Of a DNA stretch of 64,000 nt, positions 23,403 to 35,665 are shown piece by piece. Position 1 is the stretch's first letter. Each line of letters begins with the position of its first letter. The DNA is taken from assembly GCA_015066365.1 (NCBI GenBank), contig SVON01000003.1:61416-125415 (forward strand). Direction: 5' to 3'. The notes under the pieces were generated by a model, which was not told the DNA's origin, searched no databases, and saw only the letters and a program-made list of their open reading frames with translations. Source of the DNA: Oscillospiraceae bacterium (GTDB taxonomy: Bacteria > Bacillota > Clostridia > Oscillospirales > Acutalibacteraceae). The translations under genes were made by a program, and so were the position numbers.

Positions 23403-25997
23403 ATGGCTGTGAAACTGAAACAAATACTTTCTTTTGCGCTGTCCCTTTCTTTGCTGATCGGTCTGCTGTTGGTGGTGCCGATCATCCGAGTCGCCGCCGC
23501 GGACAATCTGGCGGCTAACGGCGACCTGGAGATGGGTAACACCAACGGCTGGGAGGTTGCCAACGCGTCGGTGGACAGCAGTGTGAAATACGCCGGCAAC
23601 TATTCCTTGAAGCTGACCGCTATCTCTGCGTACAGCGGCGCGGCCTATAAGATCGTGCCGGTGGGCAAGGGCGCTACCGTCACCGTGTCCTTCTATTATC
23701 GGTACGCCTCTGATCCCGGCAGCAAGACCTATCACGTGTATACCTATATGGGCTCAAACGCCAACGCAGGACCTTACAACAACGCGGATAAAACGTTTAG
23801 CGCTCCCAGCGGGTGCGAGTCTATCTCCACGTGGAAACAGATCTCCTACACCTTCAACAGCGGCGACTACGCCAATATTTATCTGAAGTTCTGCCCCGGC
23901 GGCAGCGGCGGTACCGCTTGCTACATCGATAATCTGGTGGTCACCTCCACCGGCGGTACGACGGAGAAGGTAGACCCTTATCTCACCTCCTTTGGCACCA
24001 AGTACAACCGCCCCGCATCCGCCAGCTATAACCTGATCAAAAACGGTGGCTTTGAGTCCACCTCCGACGCTCCGTGGAACACCGCCTCTTTCTTAAAGGG
24101 GAATCTGTCGGTGATTACCGATCTAGGTGCCTACGCAGGCGAAAAAAGCCTGTATTTTGACGCGGGCGACACCGCCACCTCCGCCTGGCACACCTTCCCG
24201 GTGGCGGTGGAGAAATACACCCAATACACCTTCTCGGCGTGGGTGAAAGCGCCCCGCTTGAGCGCTACCAACCGGGCCACCGCCACCTTTGGCGTGGCCA
24301 ATGCGGAGACCGGCAACTTCCTCGTCTATGAGCCGTATAACGGCAACGGTTATGGCGCAGCATCGATTTCCACTCCGGAAATGCAGTTGATGGCACCCTC
24401 TCCGGATGGGGCGTGGCACCTGCGGTCGGTGACCTTCTATTCCGGCACCGCCTCTCAGGTCAACGTGGCGATCTCCGGCAGCCAGAGTCAGCTGTATTTG
24501 GACGATATCGCTCTGTATAAGAGCGCCTACGGCGTGGAGTACATCAGCGAACGGCGGACCGGCACCATCACCGCCCAGAACAATACTGGCAATAAATACT
24601 GTGCGGATGCGGATTCTCTGATTCCCGCCCCCCAGATGACCGGTAAAGCGGCGCAGCAGCATTGGTCGGACAATCCGGCGTGGCGCAACGGCTTTATGTC
24701 CTTTACGGACACCGGCGACAGCCACGGCACGGCGCTGAAATACACCGCCTCGGCCAGGCCGCTGAAGCTGGCTTACATCGACTGGATCGACGTGCAGCCG
24801 AATACCTCCTACACCCTAACGATGGACGTAAAGCGGGTGCGTGCCGGCGATGGGCGCATAGCGCTGCTGGATGATCAGATTCTGAATCCGGCTGAGTTCT
24901 ATACGGTGCCTTTCTCTGCGACGGATACCGCCTGGAAGACCTATTCCATCACCTTTAACACCGGGGTGTATTCCCGCATTGGTTTTGCCATTGTGGATGG
25001 CGGCGGTACGGTATATCTTGATAAAACCCGCCTGTTTAAGACCTCTCAAGCCGTTGCTACCGAGCCGGAGGATAGCGAAATGCCGGTGCTCAAGCCCACC
25101 GGTGGCAAGACCAGCGTAATGGAGATGGGGGATACCGCCCCCACCGACGTCATCCGAAACGGCGGATTTGAGCAGGGCTCCCTGACGGATTATATCGGGT
25201 ATCAGTCCACGGTGATTTCCGCTGCGGCGGCGCATACCGGCGCCTATGGTGCCCATCTGAAGGGGGATGGCTCTTGGGGCGCTATGCTGGAGCAGGTCAA
25301 CATCCCGGTGAAGGACGGTAAGGTCTACACCTTCACGTATTGGTACAAAGCCAATTCCAGCGGTGCGAATATCACGCTCAAGGGCAATACCACCAACACC
25401 CAGTACGCCTATGCTTGGGTGAACAACGGAGAGTGGACCAAGGTGACGGCCACCTTTGCGGTAGAGGGGGACACCGCTCTATGGCTTAACGCTTGCGGTG
25501 GCGGAGACGGCAAAAAAGAGGACGTGTATCTGGATGAACTTTCTCTTGTGGAGCGGGATTCCGGGTCCACCCTGGGTATCGCTTTTATGATGGAACTGGA
25601 CGCTTTGGGCGTGATGCGCAATGAGCGATTGGAAACGGTCCTCTCCAACGCGACGGTGGATGCCTATGGCAACGGAGAGGCGTACCGTCTGGTGCAGATG
25701 GGTGCGGTGATGACCAATAAGGCCTCGGTGGGCACCGATCCTGCGTTGTTCAAACGGGATAACCTGGACGCCGAGAGCCGTATAGTGGACATACCGGCGG
25801 TGTATCTGAACAGCGTTTCCGAAGCCAACGTTACTTTTGCGGTGCGTGTGATCAACGTACCCCGCCGTTCGGCCAACGTGGTGGTCTATGCTCGTCCTTA
25901 CTACGTGTTTGCAAAGGATGGGGAAGAGATCGTGGTGTACGGCGACATTTACAGTCGCAGCTATAACAATTCCGGCGAGGATATTTTGCTGGATTAA
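23403..25997 (+). CDS. secreted multi-CBM (CBM4/9-like jelly-roll array) protein with no recognisable catalytic domain
   Basis: Signal peptide. At least four modules of the form NG(D/G)(L/F)E..(G/S)...W...(K/Q)PNT.YT(F/L). The start could instead be GTG 23409, which has better spacing from AAGGAGG. Paralog at 48757. Confidence 0.7.
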   Translation: MAVKLKQILSFALSLSLLIGLLLVVPIIRVAAADNLAANGDLEMGNTNGWEVANASVDSSVKYAGNYSLKLTAISAYSGAAYKIVPVGKGATVTVSFYYRYASDPGSKTYHVYTYMGSNANAGPYNNADKTFSAPSGCESISTWKQISYTFNSGDYANIYLKFCPGGSGGTACYIDNLVVTSTGGTTEKVDPYLTSFGTKYNRPASASYNLIKNGGFESTSDAPWNTASFLKGNLSVITDLGAYAGEKSLYFDAGDTATSAWHTFPVAVEKYTQYTFSAWVKAPRLSATNRATATFGVANAETGNFLVYEPYNGNGYGAASISTPEMQLMAPSPDGAWHLRSVTFYSGTASQVNVAISGSQSQLYLDDIALYKSAYGVEYISERRTGTITAQNNTGNKYCADADSLIPAPQMTGKAAQQHWSDNPAWRNGFMSFTDTGDSHGTALKYTASARPLKLAYIDWIDVQPNTSYTLTMDVKRVRAGDGRIALLDDQILNPAEFYTVPFSATDTAWKTYSITFNTGVYSRIGFAIVDGGGTVYLDKTRLFKTSQAVATEPEDSEMPVLKPTGGKTSVMEMGDTAPTDVIRNGGFEQGSLTDYIGYQSTVISAAAAHTGAYGAHLKGDGSWGAMLEQVNIPVKDGKVYTFTYWYKANSSGANITLKGNTTNTQYAYAWVNNGEWTKVTATFAVEGDTALWLNACGGGDGKKEDVYLDELSLVERDSGSTLGIAFMMELDALGVMRNERLETVLSNATVDAYGNGEAYRLVQMGAVMTNKASVGTDPALFKRDNLDAESRIVDIPAVYLNSVSEANVTFAVRVINVPRRSANVVVYARPYYVFAKDGEEIVVYGDIYSRSYNNSGEDILLD

Positions 25998-26006
25998 ATA
26001 AGCCCC

Positions 26007-26036
26007 AAAAGGATGTCGGTTAACCGGCATCCTTTT
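26007..26036 (+). terminator. rho-independent terminator
   Basis: aaaaggatgtcgg / ccggcatcctttt. Confidence 0.75.
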
Positions 26037-26130
26037 TGCTTATTTTGGCTCGTTGACACGGCGCGGACACCGTGGTATAATGAGGGGCGTAGCGGCGTGA
26101 TGCCGTAATTTCCGCAAGAGAGGCTAGATT

Positions 26131-27537
26131 ATGAAACGATGGCTTAGTATCCTGCTGGCTGTGCTGATGTTGGTGGCGATGACCGCCTGCGGCGACAGCG
26201 GCAAAGAAAAAAACGAAACCAAAAGACCTTCGATGGATCCGGCGGATTACGTGGCGCCGGAGCCGTTGGTGTACACCGAGCTGCCCAAGAACCTTAAGGC
26301 GGAACAGGTGGGCTCCTTCTCCGGTGAGGCCAAAGCCACCAACGGAGGTCTGTATTACAAAGAGGGGGACAAATACGGCATTATGACCCTCAACGGCCTG
26401 GTGGATTCCGGCCCGATTTACACGGTTTGTCAGCCCAATAAGCAGTATTTTATGGTGGCAAAGACGGTGGGCGATACCACCAAGGTGACCACCGCCAACG
26501 TGGTGGGTCTGGTGGATGCCCTGGGTCGGGAGATCATCCCGATGAAATACGCCTCCATTGAGCTGATCGGTGAGCGTTTTGCCCGTGTGGCGGAGCTGAC
26601 CGGTACCACCGATAAGGAAGAGGAAAAACTCACCAAATTTGCCGATCAGAAGGGAAATACCGTGCTGTGCACCGGTAATTGGTACCTCTATGACCTAAAG
26701 ACCGGTCAGCCGGTACCCGGCGCCACCGGCACCAAGCCGTATATCAGCTTTGACTGCGGCGGCTACGTCAAATACGTGACCGACGCCAAAAAATCGGTGG
26801 TGGCCACCCCGGACGGCAAAGCCCTGCCGGAAGAACCCATTCACCTGAAAAACGGCTATTACGCCATCAAGTCCACCCATACGGTGTACAGCAGCGAGGG
26901 CGTGAAGCTGTTCTCCTACGACCCCAAGGTGTATACACCGGTAGAAAGTGAGAGCATCGAGGGCTTTATTCTGGCTGAAAAGCAGGAGAAGGGCAACAAG
27001 ACCTACGTCCTGCTCAACGAAAAGGGTGAGGTTGCCTCAGCGGTGTTTGATCACAAACCGGAGCAACACGGTACGCTGTTCCACGTGGGCAAGGCACTGG
27101 TAAAGCTGGACGGCACTCCGGTGGTAAAGGCCGGTTGCAACAGCGTGTATTGGGAGCCCGTTTACGGTCAGAGCTGGGCGGTCAGCGACGGCAAGACCAC
27201 CAAAGTGGTGGATGCCACCGGTCGGGTGGTGTTTGAGAATAAGACCACCGGCTCTAAGGTGGATACCAAGCTGATGCTGTGCTATAAGAGTGGCAGCGAG
27301 AAGCGGTATTACTATTCTTCTAAAGACAAGGGCTTTACCGTCGGCGGTGCCGGTCTGGCCCCCTTCCTGGTCAAAAAGGCCAACGGCACCACCAGCTACG
27401 ACGTGGTGAACGTGCTCAATGGCGAGGTGATTTTGACTGGTTATACCGACTATACCGTGTCGGATGCCGGCGATACGTTAGTGTATGTATATGCAAAAAA
27501 GCCGGATGGCAACACCGACGTTTTCGTAGTGCGATAA
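26131..27537 (+). CDS. lipoprotein, probable WG-repeat (KWG-like beta-repeat) protein
   Basis: Lipobox MTACG. Repeated (K)YG(I/L)..(L)NG/(D)..G(R/K)E(I)IP.KY-type segments. Confidence 0.6.
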   Translation: MKRWLSILLAVLMLVAMTACGDSGKEKNETKRPSMDPADYVAPEPLVYTELPKNLKAEQVGSFSGEAKATNGGLYYKEGDKYGIMTLNGLVDSGPIYTVCQPNKQYFMVAKTVGDTTKVTTANVVGLVDALGREIIPMKYASIELIGERFARVAELTGTTDKEEEKLTKFADQKGNTVLCTGNWYLYDLKTGQPVPGATGTKPYISFDCGGYVKYVTDAKKSVVATPDGKALPEEPIHLKNGYYAIKSTHTVYSSEGVKLFSYDPKVYTPVESESIEGFILAEKQEKGNKTYVLLNEKGEVASAVFDHKPEQHGTLFHVGKALVKLDGTPVVKAGCNSVYWEPVYGQSWAVSDGKTTKVVDATGRVVFENKTTGSKVDTKLMLCYKSGSEKRYYYSSKDKGFTVGGAGLAPFLVKKANGTTSYDVVNVLNGEVILTGYTDYTVSDAGDTLVYVYAKKPDGNTDVFVVR

Positions 27538-27554
27538 TCCAATAGATACAAATA

Positions 27555-27597
27555 ACAGACAGGCACCGTTCGTAAGAGGGTGTCTGTTTGTTTTTTT
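27555..27597 (+). terminator. rho-independent terminator
   Basis: acagaca...tgtctgt stem plus a long T-run. Confidence 0.7.
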
Positions 27598-27715
27598 GGG
27601 TGCGTTGGGAGGGGGGTGTGAAACAACCGCATACCGCCCTCTAACGACCGCATAGAGCAAACGGCTTGCTCGGAGCAAGCGCGTGTGTTATTCTGAAATG
27701 GGAAGGAGGAAGCCT

Positions 27716-28150
27716 ATGAAAGTGACCACCATCGTGGATCCGACCTGTAAAGAAGAAGAAGTGATCATCCGGGTGCGTAGCCGCAACGAGCTGAGTGAAA
27801 AAATGGAACGCCTGGCAGCAGGAGAAACCGCAGAACTAATGGGTTTTCTGGAAGATAAAGCGGTGATTCTCGACTATGTGAAGGTGCATCGCTTTACAGT
27901 GGAGAAGGACAAGATCTATGCCCATTGTGCCGATAATGTCTATTGGGTCAAGCGCCGCTTGTATCAAATTGAGCAGAATGCCCCGGATTGCTTTGTGAAG
28001 ATTCATCAATCCTGCCTGGCAAACGTGCATCAGATCGCTCGGTTTGAGACGGCTTTCACCGGCACCCTGCGCGTGGTGTTTAAGAACGGGGACGTGGACT
28101 ACGTTTCCCGGCGCAATCTCAAACAAGTGAAAGAAAGGTTTGGGCTGTAA
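27716..28150 (+). CDS. LytTR-domain DNA-binding protein without a receiver domain
   Basis: C-terminal LytTR-like segment FVKIHQSCLANVHQIARFE....LRVVFKNGDVDYVSRR. RBS GGAAGGAGG. Confidence 0.8.
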   Translation: MKVTTIVDPTCKEEEVIIRVRSRNELSEKMERLAAGETAELMGFLEDKAVILDYVKVHRFTVEKDKIYAHCADNVYWVKRRLYQIEQNAPDCFVKIHQSCLANVHQIARFETAFTGTLRVVFKNGDVDYVSRRNLKQVKERFGL

Positions 28151-28153
28151 GTT

Positions 28154-28558
28154 ATGAATAAATATGCAAAAGAATTTTTCCACCGCGGCTTGCTGTTTGC
28201 CGGCTTTGGGCCGGTGGTGGCCGGGGTGGTGCTCGCCTGTGTCCCGGCGGAAAACCTGACCGGAGGCCAGGTGCTTCTGGCGGTGGTGTCCACCTATCTC
28301 CTGGCGTTTATCCACGCCGGAGCCAGCGTGTTTCAACAGATCGAGCATTGGCCCCTGGCCAAATCTCTCCTCTGCCATTTTGGTTCACTCTATCTGGCCT
28401 ATTCGCTGTGTTACCTGGTGAATTCCTGGATTCCGTTCGACCCGGTGGTGCTGGGCATCTTTACCGGCATCTTTGTGGCGGTGTACTTCGTGGTGTGGGG
28501 TGTGGTGGTGCTTTGCCTGCGTGCCGCTGGCAAAGCGCTGAACCGGCATATCCATTGA
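28154..28558 (+). CDS. four-TM membrane protein (DUF3021-like partner of LytTR proteins)
   Basis: 134 aa with four hydrophobic segments. Starts 3 nt after the LytTR stop. Family assignment is from memory. Confidence 0.65.
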   Translation: MNKYAKEFFHRGLLFAGFGPVVAGVVLACVPAENLTGGQVLLAVVSTYLLAFIHAGASVFQQIEHWPLAKSLLCHFGSLYLAYSLCYLVNSWIPFDPVVLGIFTGIFVAVYFVVWGVVVLCLRAAGKALNRHIH

Positions 28559-28569
28559 ACAAAAACAAA

Positions 28570-28601
28570 AAACGCCTCTCCCAACCGGGAGAGGCGTTTT
28601 T
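28570..28601. terminator. bidirectional terminator
   Basis: aacgcctctcc / ggagaggcgtt stem flanked by A-run and T-run. Confidence 0.8.
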
Positions 28602-28612
28602 GCTTTTCGGTT

Positions 28613-29308
28613 TTAGCGAACCAGTCCCTCGCGGTAGAGGTGGGCGTCGCCGGAATGCTGGACGATCTGGGGGATCACCATGCCGTCGCCGTGGTGATAG
28701 AAGAGGATTTCGGTCACGCCGGTGTGGCATATATTGAACCGGGGGTAGAATACATTGTAGGGAATGTCCATCACACTGCTGAGGAAGGCCAGACCAAAGC
28801 CGTAGTGGGCGAACAGAGCCACCCGGGCCGGGTTATCCCCGATGATGTGATAACAGCCGTTTTCCCGGTCGTGGCGATAGCCCAACTCTTCCAGAAACGT
28901 GTCCACGGCGGCGTCCACCCGGTTGACCCCCCGGGCAAAGTTGGTGTCGGCAAAATAGGGGTGGGTGTACCACGCTCGGCCCAGCTTTTTCACTTCCGGG
29001 TCGTTGAGCTTGCGCACCATCTCCGGCACTTCCAGAATCCACTGGAGGTTGCCGCCTTGATCCTTGGCGCTGAAATCGTCAAAAGCGTGTGCTTCGTGAG
29101 CCCAGTCGCAGAGAATGGGCTCTTTCCCCAGCAGGTCGCAGGTGGGTTGGGCGGTTTGAATGGCCCGGGTGGAGGTGGAGGAATACACCTTGTTTAGCCC
29201 CAAATTCAGAAACCGTTTGGACAAGGCCTTGGCCTGCTCGTGTCCCAGAGGGGTCAGGCTGTCGGGGTCGTAGATGGGCTGACCGTGACGGATGAAATAC
29301 AGACGCAT
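28613..29308 (-). CDS. histidine phosphatase (phosphoglycerate-mutase-like) family protein
   Basis: RHG motif at the N-terminus (MRLYFIRHGQP), then LTPLGHEQA and a downstream H (FAHYG). Paralog at 46062..46790. Confidence 0.8.
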   Translation of the reverse strand: MRLYFIRHGQPIYDPDSLTPLGHEQAKALSKRFLNLGLNKVYSSTSTRAIQTAQPTCDLLGKEPILCDWAHEAHAFDDFSAKDQGGNLQWILEVPEMVRKLNDPEVKKLGRAWYTHPYFADTNFARGVNRVDAAVDTFLEELGYRHDRENGCYHIIGDNPARVALFAHYGFGLAFLSSVMDIPYNVFYPRFNICHTGVTEILFYHHGDGMVIPQIVQHSGDAHLYREGLVR

Positions 29309-29641
29309 AACGCAACACTCCTTTGCTGTTCGCCGGTGGCGAAATGTGTTTTTTTCATCCTACCAGTTTCCGGCGGGAAAAGCAACCGTTTTTCGCAAAA
29401 AAGCGAAAAAAGCAGAGAGGTTACTTAGGAGGTCAAACAGGGCGATTTCTTGGCAAGTTGCACAAAAAACGCCGGTGTGGCGCTGTTTTTGGCGATGATG
29501 AAATTTTATTGTTGATTTTGCCTAACGAATGCCGACGAAAAATAGGCAAAATTCCATAAGTGATTGCTGATTTTGCTAAAAAAAGTAGTCGTTTTTCAGA
29601 GAAATCGTTAAATTTTTATATGTAACAATGGATAAATGCTA

Positions 29642-29670
29642 TTGCAAAATTGCTCTTTTTTTAGTAAAAT
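29642..29670 (+). promoter_or_regulatory. candidate sigma-A promoter of the GH2-ABC-GH130 block
   Basis: TTGCAA (29642-29647), 17-bp spacer, TAAAAT (29665-29670). Confidence 0.5.
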
Positions 29671-29718
29671 ATATGTAAATGTGAGTTAGTGTGGACAAAT
29701 CCATCCAAAAGAAGGTGA

Positions 29719-32571
<2,853 letters not shown>

Positions 32572-32659
32572 TGCCAGTTCCGTAATCTCTATTTTATTTA
32601 TTTCTTTATTATAAGACTTAATCGCAAGCAAAATTTTCAAGGAAAGTGAGTTGTAGACC

Positions 32660-35600
32660 ATGAGACGCTTTGGATTGATTCTGTGCGTGATCGCGCTGAT
32701 GTGTCAGTTCTTGGCTATGCCTGTTTACGCAGAGCCTATCGCCGACGACACGTTGGTTACGGACCACATCCCGGATCTGAACGCTGCAGCGAATTTCGTG
32801 GACGAAGAGTATGACTATAACCAGTACGTTAAGGATCAGAACTCTTCCGTGATGGCTCAGCAGGCCGTCACCATTAACGCCACGGACGTTGCCGAGAAGA
32901 CCGACAGTGTGGTCGTACAGGGCAGCCACCTTCTGTGGGGCACGGAGAAAGACTCCTCTGCCACCTGGAACGTGGAGGTGCCGGCTGATGGCTGGTACAC
33001 CGTATCCTTTACCTATGCCGCCGTACCCGGCGGTAGCTCGGACATTGAGTTGGGTTTCCTGCTCAATGGCAACGTCCCCTTCCCGGAGGCAGAGCGCTTT
33101 ACTCTGCCCCGCATCTGGGTGGATGACGGTGGCATCCGTGAATCCAACGGCAACCAGTTTGCTCCCGAGCAGAAGCAGCTCTACACCAAGCAGACCCGTC
33201 CTCTGCGCGACGTGAACGGCTTTGTGAGCGAGGATCTGCGTGTGTATCTGACCGCCGGCAGCAACTACGTATCCCTGGTTTCCTACGGAGAGGGCTTTAA
33301 GCTGTACGGCATCGAGCTGGGCGTCCCCAAGACGGTCCCCACGCTGAAGCAGGCTCTGGCCCAGTGGAAGGCGCAGGGCATCCAGTATTATTCCGGCCAG
33401 GAGCTGGTGCTGGAGGCTGAGAATACCGACAGAAAGAACGACCGTTCCGTGATCGGTAAGTCGGATAACAGTAACCCCGGTGTTACCCCCTGCAACCCCT
33501 ATAAGCAGATGGTGAACTACATCGGTGGCAGCAACTGGTCTATGCCCGACGAGTACATCACCTGGAAGGTGAGCGCCCCCAAGGCCGGCATCTATAAGCT
33601 GGGCTTCCACTTCCGTCAAAACTATCTGATCAACGCCACCTCCTACCGCAGTCTGAAGGTCAACGGCGAGTATCAGTACGCTGAGCAGGAGAGCCTGGCC
33701 TTTGATTACGGCAACGGCTGGCAGTTCAGCGATACCGTGCTGAAGGGCAAGGAGCTGTTGGTGTACCTGGACAAGGGATCCAACGAGCTGACCATGTCGG
33801 TCACCCTGGGCGATATGAGCACCTTTAGTGCTAAGATGGAGACCATGGTGCTCCGTCTGGGCCGTATGTATCTGGATATCGTGTCCATCGTGGGTGAGAC
33901 CCCCGACTCCAACCGTGACTACGACCTGTTTAAGCGGATCTCCGACCTGGAGCAGCGTATGCGGGATGAGTACAAGCGCATCGAGGGTCTGATCGCTGAG
34001 CGTACCGATGCCGATGGCAACATTGACGATATCGCCGCTCTGCTGCAGAAGATGAACGTGGTTATCGAGAAAATGGTGGAGAAGCAGTACGAGGCGCAGC
34101 TCTACAAGGGCACTTTCTACGATTGTTACGCTTCTCTGTCTGCTCAGCTGCAGGAAATGAAGAATATGGCTCTGGACATCGACTGCATCGTGTTCACCGC
34201 CCCCGGTCGCGAGTGCCAGCGCACCACCGCCGGTTTCTTTTCCACCCTGCAGTTCGAGGCCGAGCGTTTCATCGCCTCCTTTATGCTGGACTACAACAAC
34301 ACCGCCAGCTCCCAGGGTAAAGAGAACCTGACCATCTGGGTCAACTGGTCCCGTGACCAAACGCTGGTTCTGAACTCTCTGATCACCAGTAAGTTTACCC
34401 CCCAATACAACATCGGCGTAACGGTGCGTATGACCAACGCCTCTCTGTTGCAGGGTATTATGTCGGGCAACGGTCCCGACTGTAGCTTGTCCGATTCCCG
34501 TACCACCCCCATTAACTTGGCTATGCGTGGTGCTCTGGTGGATCTGAGCAAGATGGAGGGCTACGACGACCTGTTCTACGGCCCCAACGATACCTATGGC
34601 GAGATCCCCGCGGGTAAAACGATCAAACCCTTCTTTGCCCACGGCTCCGACGAGCCCTACCGTTACGGCGACGGCGTTTACGCCCTGCCGGCAACCCAGC
34701 AGTTCTATATGATGTTCTATCGTACCGACGTGTTTGAGAAATACGGTATCGTGGACGAGAACGGCGTGGCCAAGCCGCCCAAGACCTGGGACGAGTTCCT
34801 GGAAATTGCCAGTATCTTTATGCTGAACAATATGCAGGTGGGTCTGCCCTATACGGAACTGAAAGACATCGGTCAGGTGAACGGCGGTGTGGCATCGCTG
34901 AACATCTTCCCGACCCTGCTGATGCAGGAAGGCCTGTCTATTTATAATAAGGATATGACCGGCACCTCCTTTGCAGAGGTGGATACCATGCGTGTGTTCG
35001 AGGAGTGGACCGATTACTATACTAAGTACAACCTGCCTAAGGAATACAGCTTCTTCAACCGTTTCCGCGTGGGTCAGGTACCGATGGCCATTCAGGCTTA
35101 CGGTCAGTACAGTGCGTTGGCCGCCGCTGCCCCTGAAATCAAGGGCCGCTGGGAGATGGCTGAGATCCCCGGAACTCCCGTGGTGGATGAGAACGGCAAC
35201 CCCGTCATCGACCCCGCGACCGGTGAGCAGAAGATCGACAACCGTCAGGCCGGTTTCGGCAGCGCCTGTATGATTCTGGAGCTGTCCGAGCATAAAGAGG
35301 CTTCTTGGAAACTGCTGAAGTGGTGGATGAGTGAGGAAACCCAGTACAGCTACTCCCTGGATATCGAGTCCATTCTGGGTGTGGCCGGTCGTTATTCCTC
35401 CGCCAACGTGGACGCTACCCTGAACCTGGATTGGGGTAAAGAAGCCAGCAATATTCTGGGTGCCCAGTGGAAGAAAGTGGACGAGATCCGTGAGATTCCC
35501 GGCGGCTATTACGTCTCCCGCGCCGTTGACCAGGCTTTCTGGAACGTGCTGTCTATGAACGCCAACCCCAAGGATATGATGAAGAAGTGGGGCGAGGTTG

Positions 35601-35665
35601 CTGACGTGGAGATCACCAGTAAGATCGAACAGTATAAACATCTTGGGAAAGGAGGAGCCAACTAA
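32660..35665 (+). CDS. giant extracellular solute-binding protein: signal peptide, two CBM6/35-like modules, a coiled-coil linker and a C-terminal family-1 SBP domain
   Basis: N-terminal modules carry ATWNVEVPADGWYTVSFTYA and ITWKVSAPKAGIYKLGFHFR signatures. The C-terminal ~450 aa are SBP-like (NLTIWVNWSRDQ..., KTWDEF, AIQAYGQY..). Permease genes follow directly. Confidence 0.7.
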   Translation: MRRFGLILCVIALMCQFLAMPVYAEPIADDTLVTDHIPDLNAAANFVDEEYDYNQYVKDQNSSVMAQQAVTINATDVAEKTDSVVVQGSHLLWGTEKDSSATWNVEVPADGWYTVSFTYAAVPGGSSDIELGFLLNGNVPFPEAERFTLPRIWVDDGGIRESNGNQFAPEQKQLYTKQTRPLRDVNGFVSEDLRVYLTAGSNYVSLVSYGEGFKLYGIELGVPKTVPTLKQALAQWKAQGIQYYSGQELVLEAENTDRKNDRSVIGKSDNSNPGVTPCNPYKQMVNYIGGSNWSMPDEYITWKVSAPKAGIYKLGFHFRQNYLINATSYRSLKVNGEYQYAEQESLAFDYGNGWQFSDTVLKGKELLVYLDKGSNELTMSVTLGDMSTFSAKMETMVLRLGRMYLDIVSIVGETPDSNRDYDLFKRISDLEQRMRDEYKRIEGLIAERTDADGNIDDIAALLQKMNVVIEKMVEKQYEAQLYKGTFYDCYASLSAQLQEMKNMALDIDCIVFTAPGRECQRTTAGFFSTLQFEAERFIASFMLDYNNTASSQGKENLTIWVNWSRDQTLVLNSLITSKFTPQYNIGVTVRMTNASLLQGIMSGNGPDCSLSDSRTTPINLAMRGALVDLSKMEGYDDLFYGPNDTYGEIPAGKTIKPFFAHGSDEPYRYGDGVYALPATQQFYMMFYRTDVFEKYGIVDENGVAKPPKTWDEFLEIASIFMLNNMQVGLPYTELKDIGQVNGGVASLNIFPTLLMQEGLSIYNKDMTGTSFAEVDTMRVFEEWTDYYTKYNLPKEYSFFNRFRVGQVPMAIQAYGQYSALAAAAPEIKGRWEMAEIPGTPVVDENGNPVIDPATGEQKIDNRQAGFGSACMILELSEHKEASWKLLKWWMSEETQYSYSLDIESILGVAGRYSSANVDATLNLDWGKEASNILGAQWKKVDEIREIPGGYYVSRAVDQAFWNVLSMNANPKDMMKKWGEVADVEITSKIEQYKHLGKGGAN

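Noticed and set aside
29292-29559. Small basic ORFs (68 and 78 aa) in the AT-rich region upstream of GH2.
   Set aside because: They have no RBS, overlap each other in different frames, and have Arg/Lys-rich junk-like composition typical of A-rich non-coding DNA.
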